64,000 nucleotides of DNA from an uncultured bacterium (GTDB lineage: Bacteria; Omnitrophota; Omnitrophia; Omnitrophales; Danuiimicrobiaceae), in the NCBI GenBank assembly GCA_964373885.1, contig CAYJWM010000002.1, positions 2,189 to 66,188 of the forward strand. The letters run 5' to 3'. The position numbers and the translations under genes are program-made. Positions 17,843 through 26,512 of this stretch are shown here, in pieces. Under the pieces are notes generated by a model. It did not search any database. It saw nothing but the letters and a program-made list of their open reading frames with translations, and had not been told where the DNA came from. The stretch's first letter is position 1, and each line of letters opens with the position of its first letter.

Positions 17843-18819
17843 ACGTACTGTTAGTGACTCATGAGTTTGAAAATCAGCATAAGTTTCTTCCCAGCGTTAT
17901 TCGAGAACTTGATGCGCTCGGCGAGCAGTTTGGACGGCGTTACCGGGCGCGTCTTGTCCATGATTACACACCGAATCTCAAACATAAATTATGGGCCCTG
18001 GGCCGGCCGACGGTTGTTATTTCCATGGTCCAATTGAGGCACTTTTTTCCCGCTTGGGCCACGGTTTGGTCCCAACAGAATATTGACAAAGTCGCCGAGT
18101 ACAAAGCGCTTGAGCAGGCCGGGATACCGGTCCCGAAATGGACGGCTGTTTACGAAGGCAATACTCCCGATCTCTCCGGATTTGACGATTTTGTGGTGGT
18201 CAAACCCGCTAGAGGGGGATGGGGCGCTTTGGTCCGGATCATGAAGCGTGACAAAGTCAGCTGGAGGCCGCTTAAGGTTGAAAAACTGGGTGTGGTAAGT
18301 GAAGCCATGGTTGTTCAAACCTATATACACACGGGCCCCAGACCTATGAGTTATCGTGTGGGATCCGTTTTTGGGGAGCCCATTTATGCCTGGACGCATA
18401 CGGCTTCGGACAGCAAAACCCCGTTTCCGGAGACAGACGTCAGGGACGAACGCTTTTTCGCAGGAAAGTCAATTGTAGCGACTGGAAAGGGTACGGTCTA
18501 TAAACTGGGCGTGCCGGATGATGTTCTTGATTTTGCAAGGCGGGCCCATCGTGCTTTTCCCACCATTCCGCTGCTGGGAATGGACATTGTCAGATGTCAA
18601 GCAACGCAAAAACTCTATGTTCTTGAAGTCAATGCAACAGGCGATACATTTCATCTTACCTCAAACGCTGGCCAGCGCATACAGCGCGAGATGGGATTTG
18701 ATGCCTTGAAACAATTCGGGGGCGCTCGCGCGGTGGCGCGCGGAATGTACAACCGCCTTAATGAATGGGCAGGGGTGTGTACTCCGGATCTTGAAGAAAA
18801 GGAAATGATTGCCGTATGA
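17839..18819 (+). CDS. ATP-grasp family ligase, paralogue 1
   Basis: Start at ATG 17839 (ATGA overlap). RimK-like motif order: DKVAEYKALEQAGIPVP, FVVVKPARGGWGALV, VVQTYI, YRVGSVFGEPIYA, LLGMDIV...KLYVLEVNATGD. Confidence 0.7.
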   Translation: MNVLLVTHEFENQHKFLPSVIRELDALGEQFGRRYRARLVHDYTPNLKHKLWALGRPTVVISMVQLRHFFPAWATVWSQQNIDKVAEYKALEQAGIPVPKWTAVYEGNTPDLSGFDDFVVVKPARGGWGALVRIMKRDKVSWRPLKVEKLGVVSEAMVVQTYIHTGPRPMSYRVGSVFGEPIYAWTHTASDSKTPFPETDVRDERFFAGKSIVATGKGTVYKLGVPDDVLDFARRAHRAFPTIPLLGMDIVRCQATQKLYVLEVNATGDTFHLTSNAGQRIQREMGFDALKQFGGARAVARGMYNRLNEWAGVCTPDLEEKEMIAV

Positions 18820-19829
18820 ACGTGCTGCTTGTGACTCATGACTATGAACAGCAAAATGAACTTCTTCCGGATGTGATTCGGGAACTGAACACGCTCGGCG
18901 ACAGATTCGGGCGGCGCTATCGCGCGCGTCTTGTCCATGATTATGCACCGAATCTCAAACATCAATTATGGACTTTGGGCCGACCGACCGTGGTGGTTTC
19001 AATGCTGCCGTTGCGCCGATTTTTTCCTTCTTGGGCCACGATTTTGGCCAATGAGGATATTTATAAAGTTCAGGAGTACACGGCGCTTGAGCGCGCAGGA
19101 ATTCCCATCCCAAAGTGGACGGTTGTGCGGCAGGGAGAGGAGCCGGACCTTAGCGGATTTAATGAGTTCGTGGTGGTGAAACCGGCGCAGGGCGGCTGCG
19201 GGGCTCTTGTGAGAATCATGCGCCGCAATCGGGTTGAATGGCGCCCGCTTGAAGTTAAAAAATTTAACTGGAGCCATATGGATTTGATCGCCCAGGAATA
19301 CGTTCATACGGGGCCGTGGCCCGTGAGCTATCGCGTGGGGACTGTTTTCGGAGAGCCGATTTATGCTTGGCGCATTACGGCGGACCGTTCGCGCCGGCCG
19401 TTTGAAGAAGGGAAGATGGATTCGCATTTTTTTGACGGGCGCACGATAGTGTCTTCTGGAAAAGGATGTACTTTTGATTGGGAAGTGCCCCAGGATGTGT
19501 TTGAGTTGGCGCGCGCCCTTCATGAACGGGCGTTTCCCAATACGCCGCTGCTTGGTTCGGACATCATACGAGACGTCCACTCAGGGAAACTTTATGTTCT
19601 TGAAGTAAACGCCAACGGAGATAATTTTCACCTTACCTCCCGAGTCGCCCAGCGAATTAAACGCGAGTTCAATCTCGATTCAAAAGCGCAATTCGGGGGC
19701 GCTCGCGCGGTGGCGCGCGGAATTTACAGGCGGCTGAATCAATTTGTCTCAAACGGGCGGGTAGATGAATTGAACCACTTACAATCTGACGCTGAAAGGA
19801 TGCCATCTACGATGACTACTTCAGTGTGA
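18816..19829 (+). CDS. ATP-grasp family ligase, paralogue 2
   Basis: ATGA overlap with paralogue 1. Same motif set (FVVVKPAQGGCGALV, AQEYV, LLGSDII...KLYVLEVNANGD). A 35-nt stretch at 19689-19723 is identical to 18712-18746. Confidence 0.7.
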   Translation: MNVLLVTHDYEQQNELLPDVIRELNTLGDRFGRRYRARLVHDYAPNLKHQLWTLGRPTVVVSMLPLRRFFPSWATILANEDIYKVQEYTALERAGIPIPKWTVVRQGEEPDLSGFNEFVVVKPAQGGCGALVRIMRRNRVEWRPLEVKKFNWSHMDLIAQEYVHTGPWPVSYRVGTVFGEPIYAWRITADRSRRPFEEGKMDSHFFDGRTIVSSGKGCTFDWEVPQDVFELARALHERAFPNTPLLGSDIIRDVHSGKLYVLEVNANGDNFHLTSRVAQRIKREFNLDSKAQFGGARAVARGIYRRLNQFVSNGRVDELNHLQSDAERMPSTMTTSV

Positions 19830-19859
19830 ACCCATGAGCAAGAAAGAGAGCGTTTTGAT

Positions 19860-20948
19860 ATGAACGTTTTATTGGTACGCACACACGATCCGGACCAGGA
19901 TTCCATATGGCCGGAAGTTGTGAGGGAACTTCGCGGGTTTGGAGTCCGCGCTCGGGCAGTCTGGGATTCGATTCCACACCTAAAACATCGCTTGTGGGCA
20001 CTCGGACGGCCGACCTATGTCATTGCCTTGAAGCCGATAAGGCGATTTGCGCCTTGGTGGGCCGAAAGATTGCAACAGGTGAGATGTGACAAAATTCAGG
20101 AATATGAATTGCTCGATCGCTCAGGCATTCCGGTTCCGAGATGGATCGCCATTCATCAAGGGGATGTGCCCAACCTTTCCGGGTTCGGTGATTTTGTGGT
20201 TACGAAGCCCGCGGCAGGATGCCGTGGGGCATTTGTGCGCGTGATGCGCCGCGGCCGGGTGCGGTGGCGATATTTCAACCTAGAACATAGAAGGGGAGAA
20301 AGTACGGCGATCGTCGTTCAGGAATATATTTATACGGGGTCAAGACCTGTGAGTTATCGCGTTGCCACATGTTTTGGAGAACCTTATTACGCCTGGAGGA
20401 CAACCGCAGCCGCCTCCCGATTACGATTTGAGGAAGGCCTTAAAGGAGCACATTTTTTTGCCGGAAAGAGCATCGTTTCCACCGGGGAAGGTTGCACCAT
20501 GGATCCGGAAGTTCCGTCAGACGTCATTCAATTCGGGACGCGGGTCCATGAAGCTTTTCCGGATATCCCGCTTCTTTCCATCGATATTATTCGTGACGGC
20601 CGTTCCGGCGCACTTTACGTGCTCGAGTTGAACACTGCCGGATTGATTATGGTCGCGACACCACAAAGTATGAGCCGGATCAAACACGATTTTGGCTTTG
20701 ATCCCTGCGTGCAGTTCGGAGGAGCAAAAGCGGTTGCACGCGGAATTTATAACCGGGTCAAGGGACGGCCCTTCGGGCCGCCACCTGCCCGCGGCACGGC
20801 TGCGCCGCCGCGGGCAGGTACTGCTCCGGCTCCCCCGGGCAAGCCCGGGGCATCCTCCGCTGTCAATCGAATGAGCTCAAAGGACTCTGAGCGCGGCGGA
20901 TCCGTTCGGGATTTAAATACAGTATTAGAGGAAGCTTTGGTTCCATGA
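19860..20948 (+). CDS. ATP-grasp family ligase, paralogue 3 (more divergent, with repeat-derived C-terminal tail)
   Basis: MNVLLVRTHD start. Motifs: FVVTKPAAGCRGAFV, VVQEYI, LLSIDII...ALYVLELNTAG. The last roughly 60 aa (PPARGTAAPPRAGTAPAPPGKPG...) are encoded by palindromic repeats. Confidence 0.65.
   Translation: MNVLLVRTHDPDQDSIWPEVVRELRGFGVRARAVWDSIPHLKHRLWALGRPTYVIALKPIRRFAPWWAERLQQVRCDKIQEYELLDRSGIPVPRWIAIHQGDVPNLSGFGDFVVTKPAAGCRGAFVRVMRRGRVRWRYFNLEHRRGESTAIVVQEYIYTGSRPVSYRVATCFGEPYYAWRTTAAASRLRFEEGLKGAHFFAGKSIVSTGEGCTMDPEVPSDVIQFGTRVHEAFPDIPLLSIDIIRDGRSGALYVLELNTAGLIMVATPQSMSRIKHDFGFDPCVQFGGAKAVARGIYNRVKGRPFGPPPARGTAAPPRAGTAPAPPGKPGASSAVNRMSSKDSERGGSVRDLNTVLEEALVP
20783..20850. repeat. 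Two adjacent GC-rich palindromes (acctgcccgcgg family) inside the 3' end of ATP-grasp paralogue 3
   Basis: acctgcccgcgg-N13-ccgcgggcaggt (20783-20819, 12-bp stem) and ccccgggc-aa-gcccgggg (20833-20850). The loop of the first is the reverse complement of the loop at 31895-31909. Confidence 0.7.
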
Positions 20949-21676
20949 AAAGTTTAGTGGAAAATTTTGCCAAAACATGGCGGTCTTTTCGAGATGACGG
21001 TGCCGTTGAGACCCTAGGCCGGCTTTTGCACCGGCTTAGGATTGTCTCTGTCGTGCACTCTTTGGATTTTTTTATAAAGGAGCTCAACGGGAGTGCGGCT
21101 GCCCGAGCAACCGAAAAGGGTAACCCCGTTAGTCCGTGGACTTTCCGGGAAGTGCCTTCTCATGAATTTGAATGTTTGAGATACGCCGAGGGTTTACAAC
21201 CCATTGAGTGGATGCGCGAACAATTTGCTCACGGTTCGCGGCTTTTTGCGGCTTTGCAACAAAATTTAGTCATTGCACTTAATTGGTTTAATCCGCATAT
21301 CGCCGAGCTAGGACATATTAAGCGGATTATTTCTCTGACGAACGGTGTTGTGTATACGCAAGGCGCTTTGACAGCGCCTGCGTATCGGAACCGGGGCGTC
21401 GGAACTTTGCTCAAACAATATTTACTGAGCGTGGTTCAAGGTGAAGGTTATCGCCTCGTTCTATTGGCTGTTTTTTTGGATAACGACCGAGCCATCAAAT
21501 GGCATGAGCGGAATGGTTTTAGAAGATGGGGCAGAATCACTTATGTGCGCTGGCGCAGCCGCGACTTTTGGCGGGTTTACCTTACGAAAGCAGGGAGGCT
21601 TCACCCGAATCTTCTCGATGGCCATCACACGAACGTTCGACACATGTCTCAGATTCTTCAAAAGGTCGCCTCATGA
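20945..21676 (+). CDS. GNAT family N-acetyltransferase
   Basis: 243 aa. Acetyl-CoA motif A is RNRGVGTLLKQYL, followed by NDRAIKWHERNGF. ATGA overlaps at both ends. Confidence 0.7.
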   Translation: MKSLVENFAKTWRSFRDDGAVETLGRLLHRLRIVSVVHSLDFFIKELNGSAAARATEKGNPVSPWTFREVPSHEFECLRYAEGLQPIEWMREQFAHGSRLFAALQQNLVIALNWFNPHIAELGHIKRIISLTNGVVYTQGALTAPAYRNRGVGTLLKQYLLSVVQGEGYRLVLLAVFLDNDRAIKWHERNGFRRWGRITYVRWRSRDFWRVYLTKAGRLHPNLLDGHHTNVRHMSQILQKVAS

Positions 21677-23172
21677 GGCCACAGTCATTTGCATTAACTT
21701 ATCCGCAATTGATGAACCAAGCATTATCAGGAGGTGTTTCTGAAGAAGACCTGATCCGACTGCGAAGGGCTTATGAGCTGGCAGAGGAACTCTTTGACGG
21801 CTTTTACCGGGGGCAGGGAATGCCGTTTATTTGTCATTTGGTGCGGACGGCAAGCATTCTTCTTGCCGAAAAACAGCCAATCGACGTTGTATCTGCTGGG
21901 TTATTACACTCAGCGTATTTGATCGGTCAATTTGAGGACGGAGTTTGCGGGCGGCGGACTGTTCGGCACCGGGAACAGCTTGTAGAACGGGTAGGAATTA
22001 AAGTTGAAGGGCTCATTGCGGATTATCAAGCGCTTCCTTGGAAGTCGCGATTCACATTTGAAGAACTTTTTCGAAAACAAGATACGTACGAAGTTCCCAA
22101 ACGACATTTGCTTGCCATGCGTCTGGCCAATGAATTGGAGGATTACCTGGACCTTTCGATGGCGTATCGGGGTCTTTTTCCTTTTCGCGAGCGCATAAAA
22201 GATTGCGGTCCATTGGTGATTGAGCTTGCCCGGCGGCTCGGCTTATCACTGATTGCGGATGGTTTGGAGGAAGCTTATGCGGCGCATATGAATTTCGAAT
22301 TGCCTCAAACCGTAACGAAAGGTCGTATGAATTGGTATGAGCAACCCGAACGGATTTGGCAAAAGATGAATTATTCCGAAAAAGCCAGGGTCTTATTTCG
22401 AAAAAGTGTTCGGAAGTGGCTTGCGGGCAGTTCTAACGAAAGACACGGGATCGAGAAAATAGATTTTGATTCGAATCAAATGTTTTGTGAATTGGATCAT
22501 CTGGCGAAAGACAAGAAACTTATTCGCATCGTGAATACTTGCATTGAAGCACATCGGGCTCAGGAATCAGAAATGCTCAAAGACCGTTTTAAACCAGACG
22601 CGCAAGCATTGGAAAAGGTATCGCTCAAGGCCTTAGAGGAAATCCTTGGGTCTGGGAAAAACATCCATGGCATTCTACAAAATCCGGAGATTTCAAATTG
22701 CATCGTCGTTAATGGTTCTGCGGTTCGAGATTCATTTTTTAGCAAGGAGCTTGAACAGTTAAGGGGAAAGGTTGATGAAATAGTGTCCGATCGGCTTAAG
22801 AAATTATTTTGCGAGAGCCGGAGGATTCTCATTTCAAATAGCGGACACTTTTTATATCCGCCGGGTGGTTTCATGAGTTGGCATACCAATTCACAAGCGC
22901 CTGGCTGGCGGTTTTATATCAATTACTGTGAAGAACCCGGCAAATCTTTTTTCCGGTATCGAAATCCGGAAACAGGTGAAATGGTCACCTCTTATGACAA
23001 AGAATGGAATTTTCGTTTGTTCAAAATCGACCCGGTAAAACCGTTCTGGCATGCGGTTTATTCAGAAACGAATCGTTACAGCTTCGGGTTCAGAATGACG
23101 CTCAAAACAAGACCTCGTTTCTTTACGCGAGCGGTCAATCGAATCAAAGGAATCACAACCCAAATCCTTTAG
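21673..23172 (+). CDS. Two-domain protein: HD-like N-terminal domain + cupin/double-stranded beta-helix (2OG-oxygenase-like) C-terminal domain
   Basis: Start at ATG 21673 (ATGA overlap). The N-domain FICHLVRTASILL...VVSAGLLHSAY resembles (p)ppGpp-hydrolase-type HD domains, but with HS instead of HD. The C-domain GGFMSWHTNS...FWHAVYSETNRYSFGF fits a DSBH pattern. Confidence 0.4.
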   Translation: MRPQSFALTYPQLMNQALSGGVSEEDLIRLRRAYELAEELFDGFYRGQGMPFICHLVRTASILLAEKQPIDVVSAGLLHSAYLIGQFEDGVCGRRTVRHREQLVERVGIKVEGLIADYQALPWKSRFTFEELFRKQDTYEVPKRHLLAMRLANELEDYLDLSMAYRGLFPFRERIKDCGPLVIELARRLGLSLIADGLEEAYAAHMNFELPQTVTKGRMNWYEQPERIWQKMNYSEKARVLFRKSVRKWLAGSSNERHGIEKIDFDSNQMFCELDHLAKDKKLIRIVNTCIEAHRAQESEMLKDRFKPDAQALEKVSLKALEEILGSGKNIHGILQNPEISNCIVVNGSAVRDSFFSKELEQLRGKVDEIVSDRLKKLFCESRRILISNSGHFLYPPGGFMSWHTNSQAPGWRFYINYCEEPGKSFFRYRNPETGEMVTSYDKEWNFRLFKIDPVKPFWHAVYSETNRYSFGFRMTLKTRPRFFTRAVNRIKGITTQIL

Positions 23173-23185
23173 CGCAGTTACGGGC

Positions 23186-24001
23186 GTGACCAGGAGACAA
23201 ATCATGGATCTCGCAAAATTGAACCGGTATCTTGAAGTAAGAGACGAAATTAGCGGCTGGATTAATCCAGGAGCTGCTTGCTTATTTGCTTGGGTCGATC
23301 ACATACAAAAGCAAGAAGGGATCGTTGGAAATCTTTTTGAAATCGGGGTTCATCATGGCAAGACTTCGATTTTACTTTCTTATATGACGGATTCTGTCCG
23401 GGAACAATTGGGGGTATGCGACGTGTTTGACACGGTAGAAAAAAATGTAACCGGCTCAGGGTGCGGCGATAAGGAAATTTTCCTCGATAACTTCAAGTCT
23501 TATGCCGGCGACCCAAGTTTCTTGCGGATTTTTGTAAAACCTTCAGCTGAATTACTGCTGGATGAAATCGGAACCGGTTATCGGTTTTTTCATGTCGATG
23601 GGGGCCATTCAGCAGAGGAGGTATTTGGTGATTTATGTTTGGCGGATTCAGCATTGTTAGAGCGCGGGATCGTAGCAGTGGATGATTACTTTAACGAGAA
23701 TTGGCCGGGTGTTTCTGAAGGGGTATGTCGGTTCATGATCGAAAGGCCGAATCGCCTTGTTCCTGTTGCAGTTGGATTTAACAAGGTACTTTTCAGCAAG
23801 CCCTCACAGCAAAAATGGTACCTGGATCAACTCCTAACTCATGACTGGAAAACTTTTTTCAGAGCGCTTGATCCGGACGCGGGGTTTAGAGAATTTTTTG
23901 GAGTCGAGACCTTGGTTTATATCGTTGATTGGAAAAAGCCCATAGGGAAGCGGATTGCCGCTAAATTCAAATCATTAATGGGTAGGTTGCAAAAGCGATG
24001 A
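23186..24001 (+). CDS. Class I SAM-dependent methyltransferase-like protein (Methyltransf_24/TylF-like)
   Basis: NLFEIGVHHGKTSILL is a SAM-binding-loop-like segment, and FFHVDGGHSAEEV...IVAVDDY is typical of this family. GTG start at 23186, or ATG at 23204. Confidence 0.55.
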   Translation: MTRRQIMDLAKLNRYLEVRDEISGWINPGAACLFAWVDHIQKQEGIVGNLFEIGVHHGKTSILLSYMTDSVREQLGVCDVFDTVEKNVTGSGCGDKEIFLDNFKSYAGDPSFLRIFVKPSAELLLDEIGTGYRFFHVDGGHSAEEVFGDLCLADSALLERGIVAVDDYFNENWPGVSEGVCRFMIERPNRLVPVAVGFNKVLFSKPSQQKWYLDQLLTHDWKTFFRALDPDAGFREFFGVETLVYIVDWKKPIGKRIAAKFKSLMGRLQKR

Positions 24002-24343
24002 ACTCATTGGGACGAGGAACAGTTGCCGGTTTAAGCCGGCAGAACCTGCGGCGGACGAAGTTCTTTGTTTCGTTTGTGATCCTGTTTTTTATAGCCGCGC
24101 AGGCGTTTGCCGGGCTGATTTACCATCCTGATTATGTTGGGGATTCCTATTTCCCCTTTTTGAATTATCCGATGTATTCAGGTGTCTGCAGGCGATCTCT
24201 TCTTCAAGCGGCACGGCAAGAAGCTTGTCGGTTTTCGTATCGAAAATCACCCCTTTGTACTTGGGGATGGCGGCCTTCGTAAAGGGAAAGCTTCCGTTTT
24301 GAATATGGTCCGTTTGGTTCCTTCGAAAGGGAAACAGGGATGA
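23998..24343 (+). pseudogene. Small membrane-anchored protein apparently split by a +1 frameshift near 24180
   Basis: The 23998 frame becomes Arg/Cys-rich nonsense after YPMYSG and stops at 24282. The +1 frame from 24182 reads VSAGDLFFKRHGKKLVGFRIENHPFVLGDGGLRKGK... and ends in an ATGA overlap with the next gene at 24340. Confidence 0.35.
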
Positions 24344-25002
24344 ATGCAGCTAAATTATGGGATCAATATTGGTTTCGTCCCGTGCCTTTAATTTATCTTG
24401 GGATGACCCGTGTTGTTATTGTCGGGTATCAGCTTTTTCACCTGATCGTTTTTGATGTGATGGGCCGCGTGCGCGGGGCGGCTTCATTTCCTCAAGATCT
24501 GTATGACGCGTTGCCCGTTGTGCATCTTCTGCTTTTGCCTTTTGGATGGCATGCCAGACCTTCTCTTGAGGTTCTGGAGATCGTTTATGCGGTTACTTTC
24601 GCGGCCGGATTTTTTTCTTTGGCAGGCCTTTATTCAAGGCCAAGTATGGCGGTCTTTGCCGTCGGAAATCTCTTGATGCAGGGGTACCTCTATTCATTTG
24701 GAATTCTTCATCATTCCGAAGCGATCATGATGATAGCGCTTACCATCCTTGTTTTCAGCCCGGCAGGGGCTCGCTTGTCTCCGGACCATTTAAGGCGGAG
24801 GATGACTTTTACTTCGAGAAAGAAGAAAAATATGGAGTTCAATCCTTTCTGCGGCAGGAGCCGGCTTGCCTGTTGGCCGCTCTTGTTAATCCAGCGGATG
24901 TTCGCTCTGATTTATATGTATGTTTTCTCCCGTGGTTGCCGCTTGGGAAATTCCGGCGGGCCGCCATTGCGCCGGCGGAATCTCAGCAGGTGTCGGGCAT
25001 GA
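24340..25002 (+). CDS. HTTM-domain-like polytopic membrane protein, probably truncated/degraded at the 3' end
   Basis: The N-terminus LWDQYWFRPVPLIYLGMTRVVIVGYQLF and the following helices resemble the HTTM family. The last roughly 60 aa are Arg-rich and not protein-like. Confidence 0.35.
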   Translation: MNAAKLWDQYWFRPVPLIYLGMTRVVIVGYQLFHLIVFDVMGRVRGAASFPQDLYDALPVVHLLLLPFGWHARPSLEVLEIVYAVTFAAGFFSLAGLYSRPSMAVFAVGNLLMQGYLYSFGILHHSEAIMMIALTILVFSPAGARLSPDHLRRRMTFTSRKKKNMEFNPFCGRSRLACWPLLLIQRMFALIYMYVFSRGCRLGNSGGPPLRRRNLSRCRA

Positions 25003-25039
25003 AGCAGACGATATCGGATTTTGGAGGATTCAGGTAATC

Positions 25040-26512
25040 ATGGCATCGTTAAAAGAAAAGACAGTTTCGGGTTTTAAATGGCTGGTCGTCAATCATGTCC
25101 TGCAGAGAGTCATTTCCGTCGGCACATTCGCCGTATTGGCCCGGATGCTCGAACCCTCGACCTTCGGTCTTTTTGCCATGGCCTTTATCGCCATTGACGG
25201 GCTGAGTTTGTTCAAATCATTCGGTTTGGACGGGGGAATTATTCAGAAAAAAGACGCCCCGGAAAAGGCGTATCACACGGCATTTTTTATCATCGCGGCC
25301 ATGAGTTTGCTTTTGGCGCTTATTTGTTTTGGATTGGCGCCTTCGATCGGGGCTTTTTTTGCCAATGTCGAGCTCGGTTCCGTTATCCGCGCGCTCGGCG
25401 TCGTTTTTATCGTGTCCGGCTTCGGAAGGGTCCCTTCCGCCATTCTGACGCGCCATCTGCGTTTTCGTTTGATTTCCGTCATTGCCTTGGTGGGGTCCAT
25501 TGTGAACAGCATTTTTGCCATTTTGTTTGCACTCATTTGGCCGAATGTGTGGAGTTTAGTGGGTGCTTATGTGATTCGGCACAGCACGATGGCCGTTCTG
25601 AGCTGGTATTTTTCGGGTTATCGGCTCAAGTGGGAATTTGACTGGGGGCTTGCGAGGGAACTTTTCGGTTTCGGAAAATTTTTAATCGGTCTGAGCGCCG
25701 TCTCCTATGTTTGGGCCAACGTAAGCAACATGGTCATCGGGAAATTGCTGGACGTGGCGGCCGTCGGTTATTTTACGCTCGCCTCAAACATCGGAAATTT
25801 TATCAACAGCCACTTTACTCATGTGATTTCACAGGTGATGTTTCCGGCTTACTCGGCGCTTCAGAACGATCGTGAAAGCGTAGGCCGCGCCTATCTGAAG
25901 GTGGTCAAATTTGTCATGATGCTTACCTTACCTTACAGCATAGCGCTCATATGCCTGGCCCGGGAGTTTACGCTTACCATTTACGGGGAAAGATGGCTTT
26001 CCATTGTTCCCGTGATGAGGTTTCTTGGATTCGCCCAGATGGTGGCCCCTATTTATTTTACCGGCTCACCCGTTTTCCAAGGGTGCGGCCGCCCCGATTA
26101 CGATTTCAAACTGAACAGCATCAGTCTTTTGTTATTCATTCCGACAATGGCGTTACTGACTCAAATGTTCGGTTTAATGGGTACCGTAGCCGCCGCCATT
26201 GTCAACATTTGGGTGTTTACCCCCATCAGTGTTTATTACGTGCATAAAATCACGGGATTCAGCTTCGCCCAATTTTTCCGGCAGTTGGTGCCGGCCCTTT
26301 TGTGCTCATTGGCCATGTTTTTTGCCATTTTGGCCGCGAAAGTGTTTTTAGGGACCCATCCGTCGCTTTTTAGGGTTGAGCTGAATCATTTTGTTCTTCT
26401 CGCCCTTCTTTGCGCCGTCGGGCTTTTTACTTATGGGATTGCGTATTTGATTGTGGATCGCGACTCAGCCATTGAAGTCAGGAACATGATTTTCAAACTG
26501 GAGAAAGCGTGA
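25040..26512 (+). CDS. Wzx-type polysaccharide flippase (MOP superfamily), copy A
   Basis: Start at ATG 25040 (MASLKEKTVSGFKW). About 12-14 TM helices. Clear paralogue of 34151-35620. Confidence 0.8.
   Translation: MASLKEKTVSGFKWLVVNHVLQRVISVGTFAVLARMLEPSTFGLFAMAFIAIDGLSLFKSFGLDGGIIQKKDAPEKAYHTAFFIIAAMSLLLALICFGLAPSIGAFFANVELGSVIRALGVVFIVSGFGRVPSAILTRHLRFRLISVIALVGSIVNSIFAILFALIWPNVWSLVGAYVIRHSTMAVLSWYFSGYRLKWEFDWGLARELFGFGKFLIGLSAVSYVWANVSNMVIGKLLDVAAVGYFTLASNIGNFINSHFTHVISQVMFPAYSALQNDRESVGRAYLKVVKFVMMLTLPYSIALICLAREFTLTIYGERWLSIVPVMRFLGFAQMVAPIYFTGSPVFQGCGRPDYDFKLNSISLLLFIPTMALLTQMFGLMGTVAAAIVNIWVFTPISVYYVHKITGFSFAQFFRQLVPALLCSLAMFFAILAAKVFLGTHPSLFRVELNHFVLLALLCAVGLFTYGIAYLIVDRDSAIEVRNMIFKLEKA

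Noticed and set aside
19834-19863. 9-codon mini-ORF (MSKKESVLI) overlapping the start of ATP-grasp paralogue 3. I considered it as a possible RiPP precursor or leader peptide, because ATP-grasp + GNAT recalls microviridin clusters.
   Set aside because: It is far too short and has no Ser/Thr/Lys/Asp/Glu core pattern. The purine-rich sequence is more simply the RBS region. I found no other candidate precursor ORF near the ligases, so I do not favour the RiPP interpretation over glycan tailoring.
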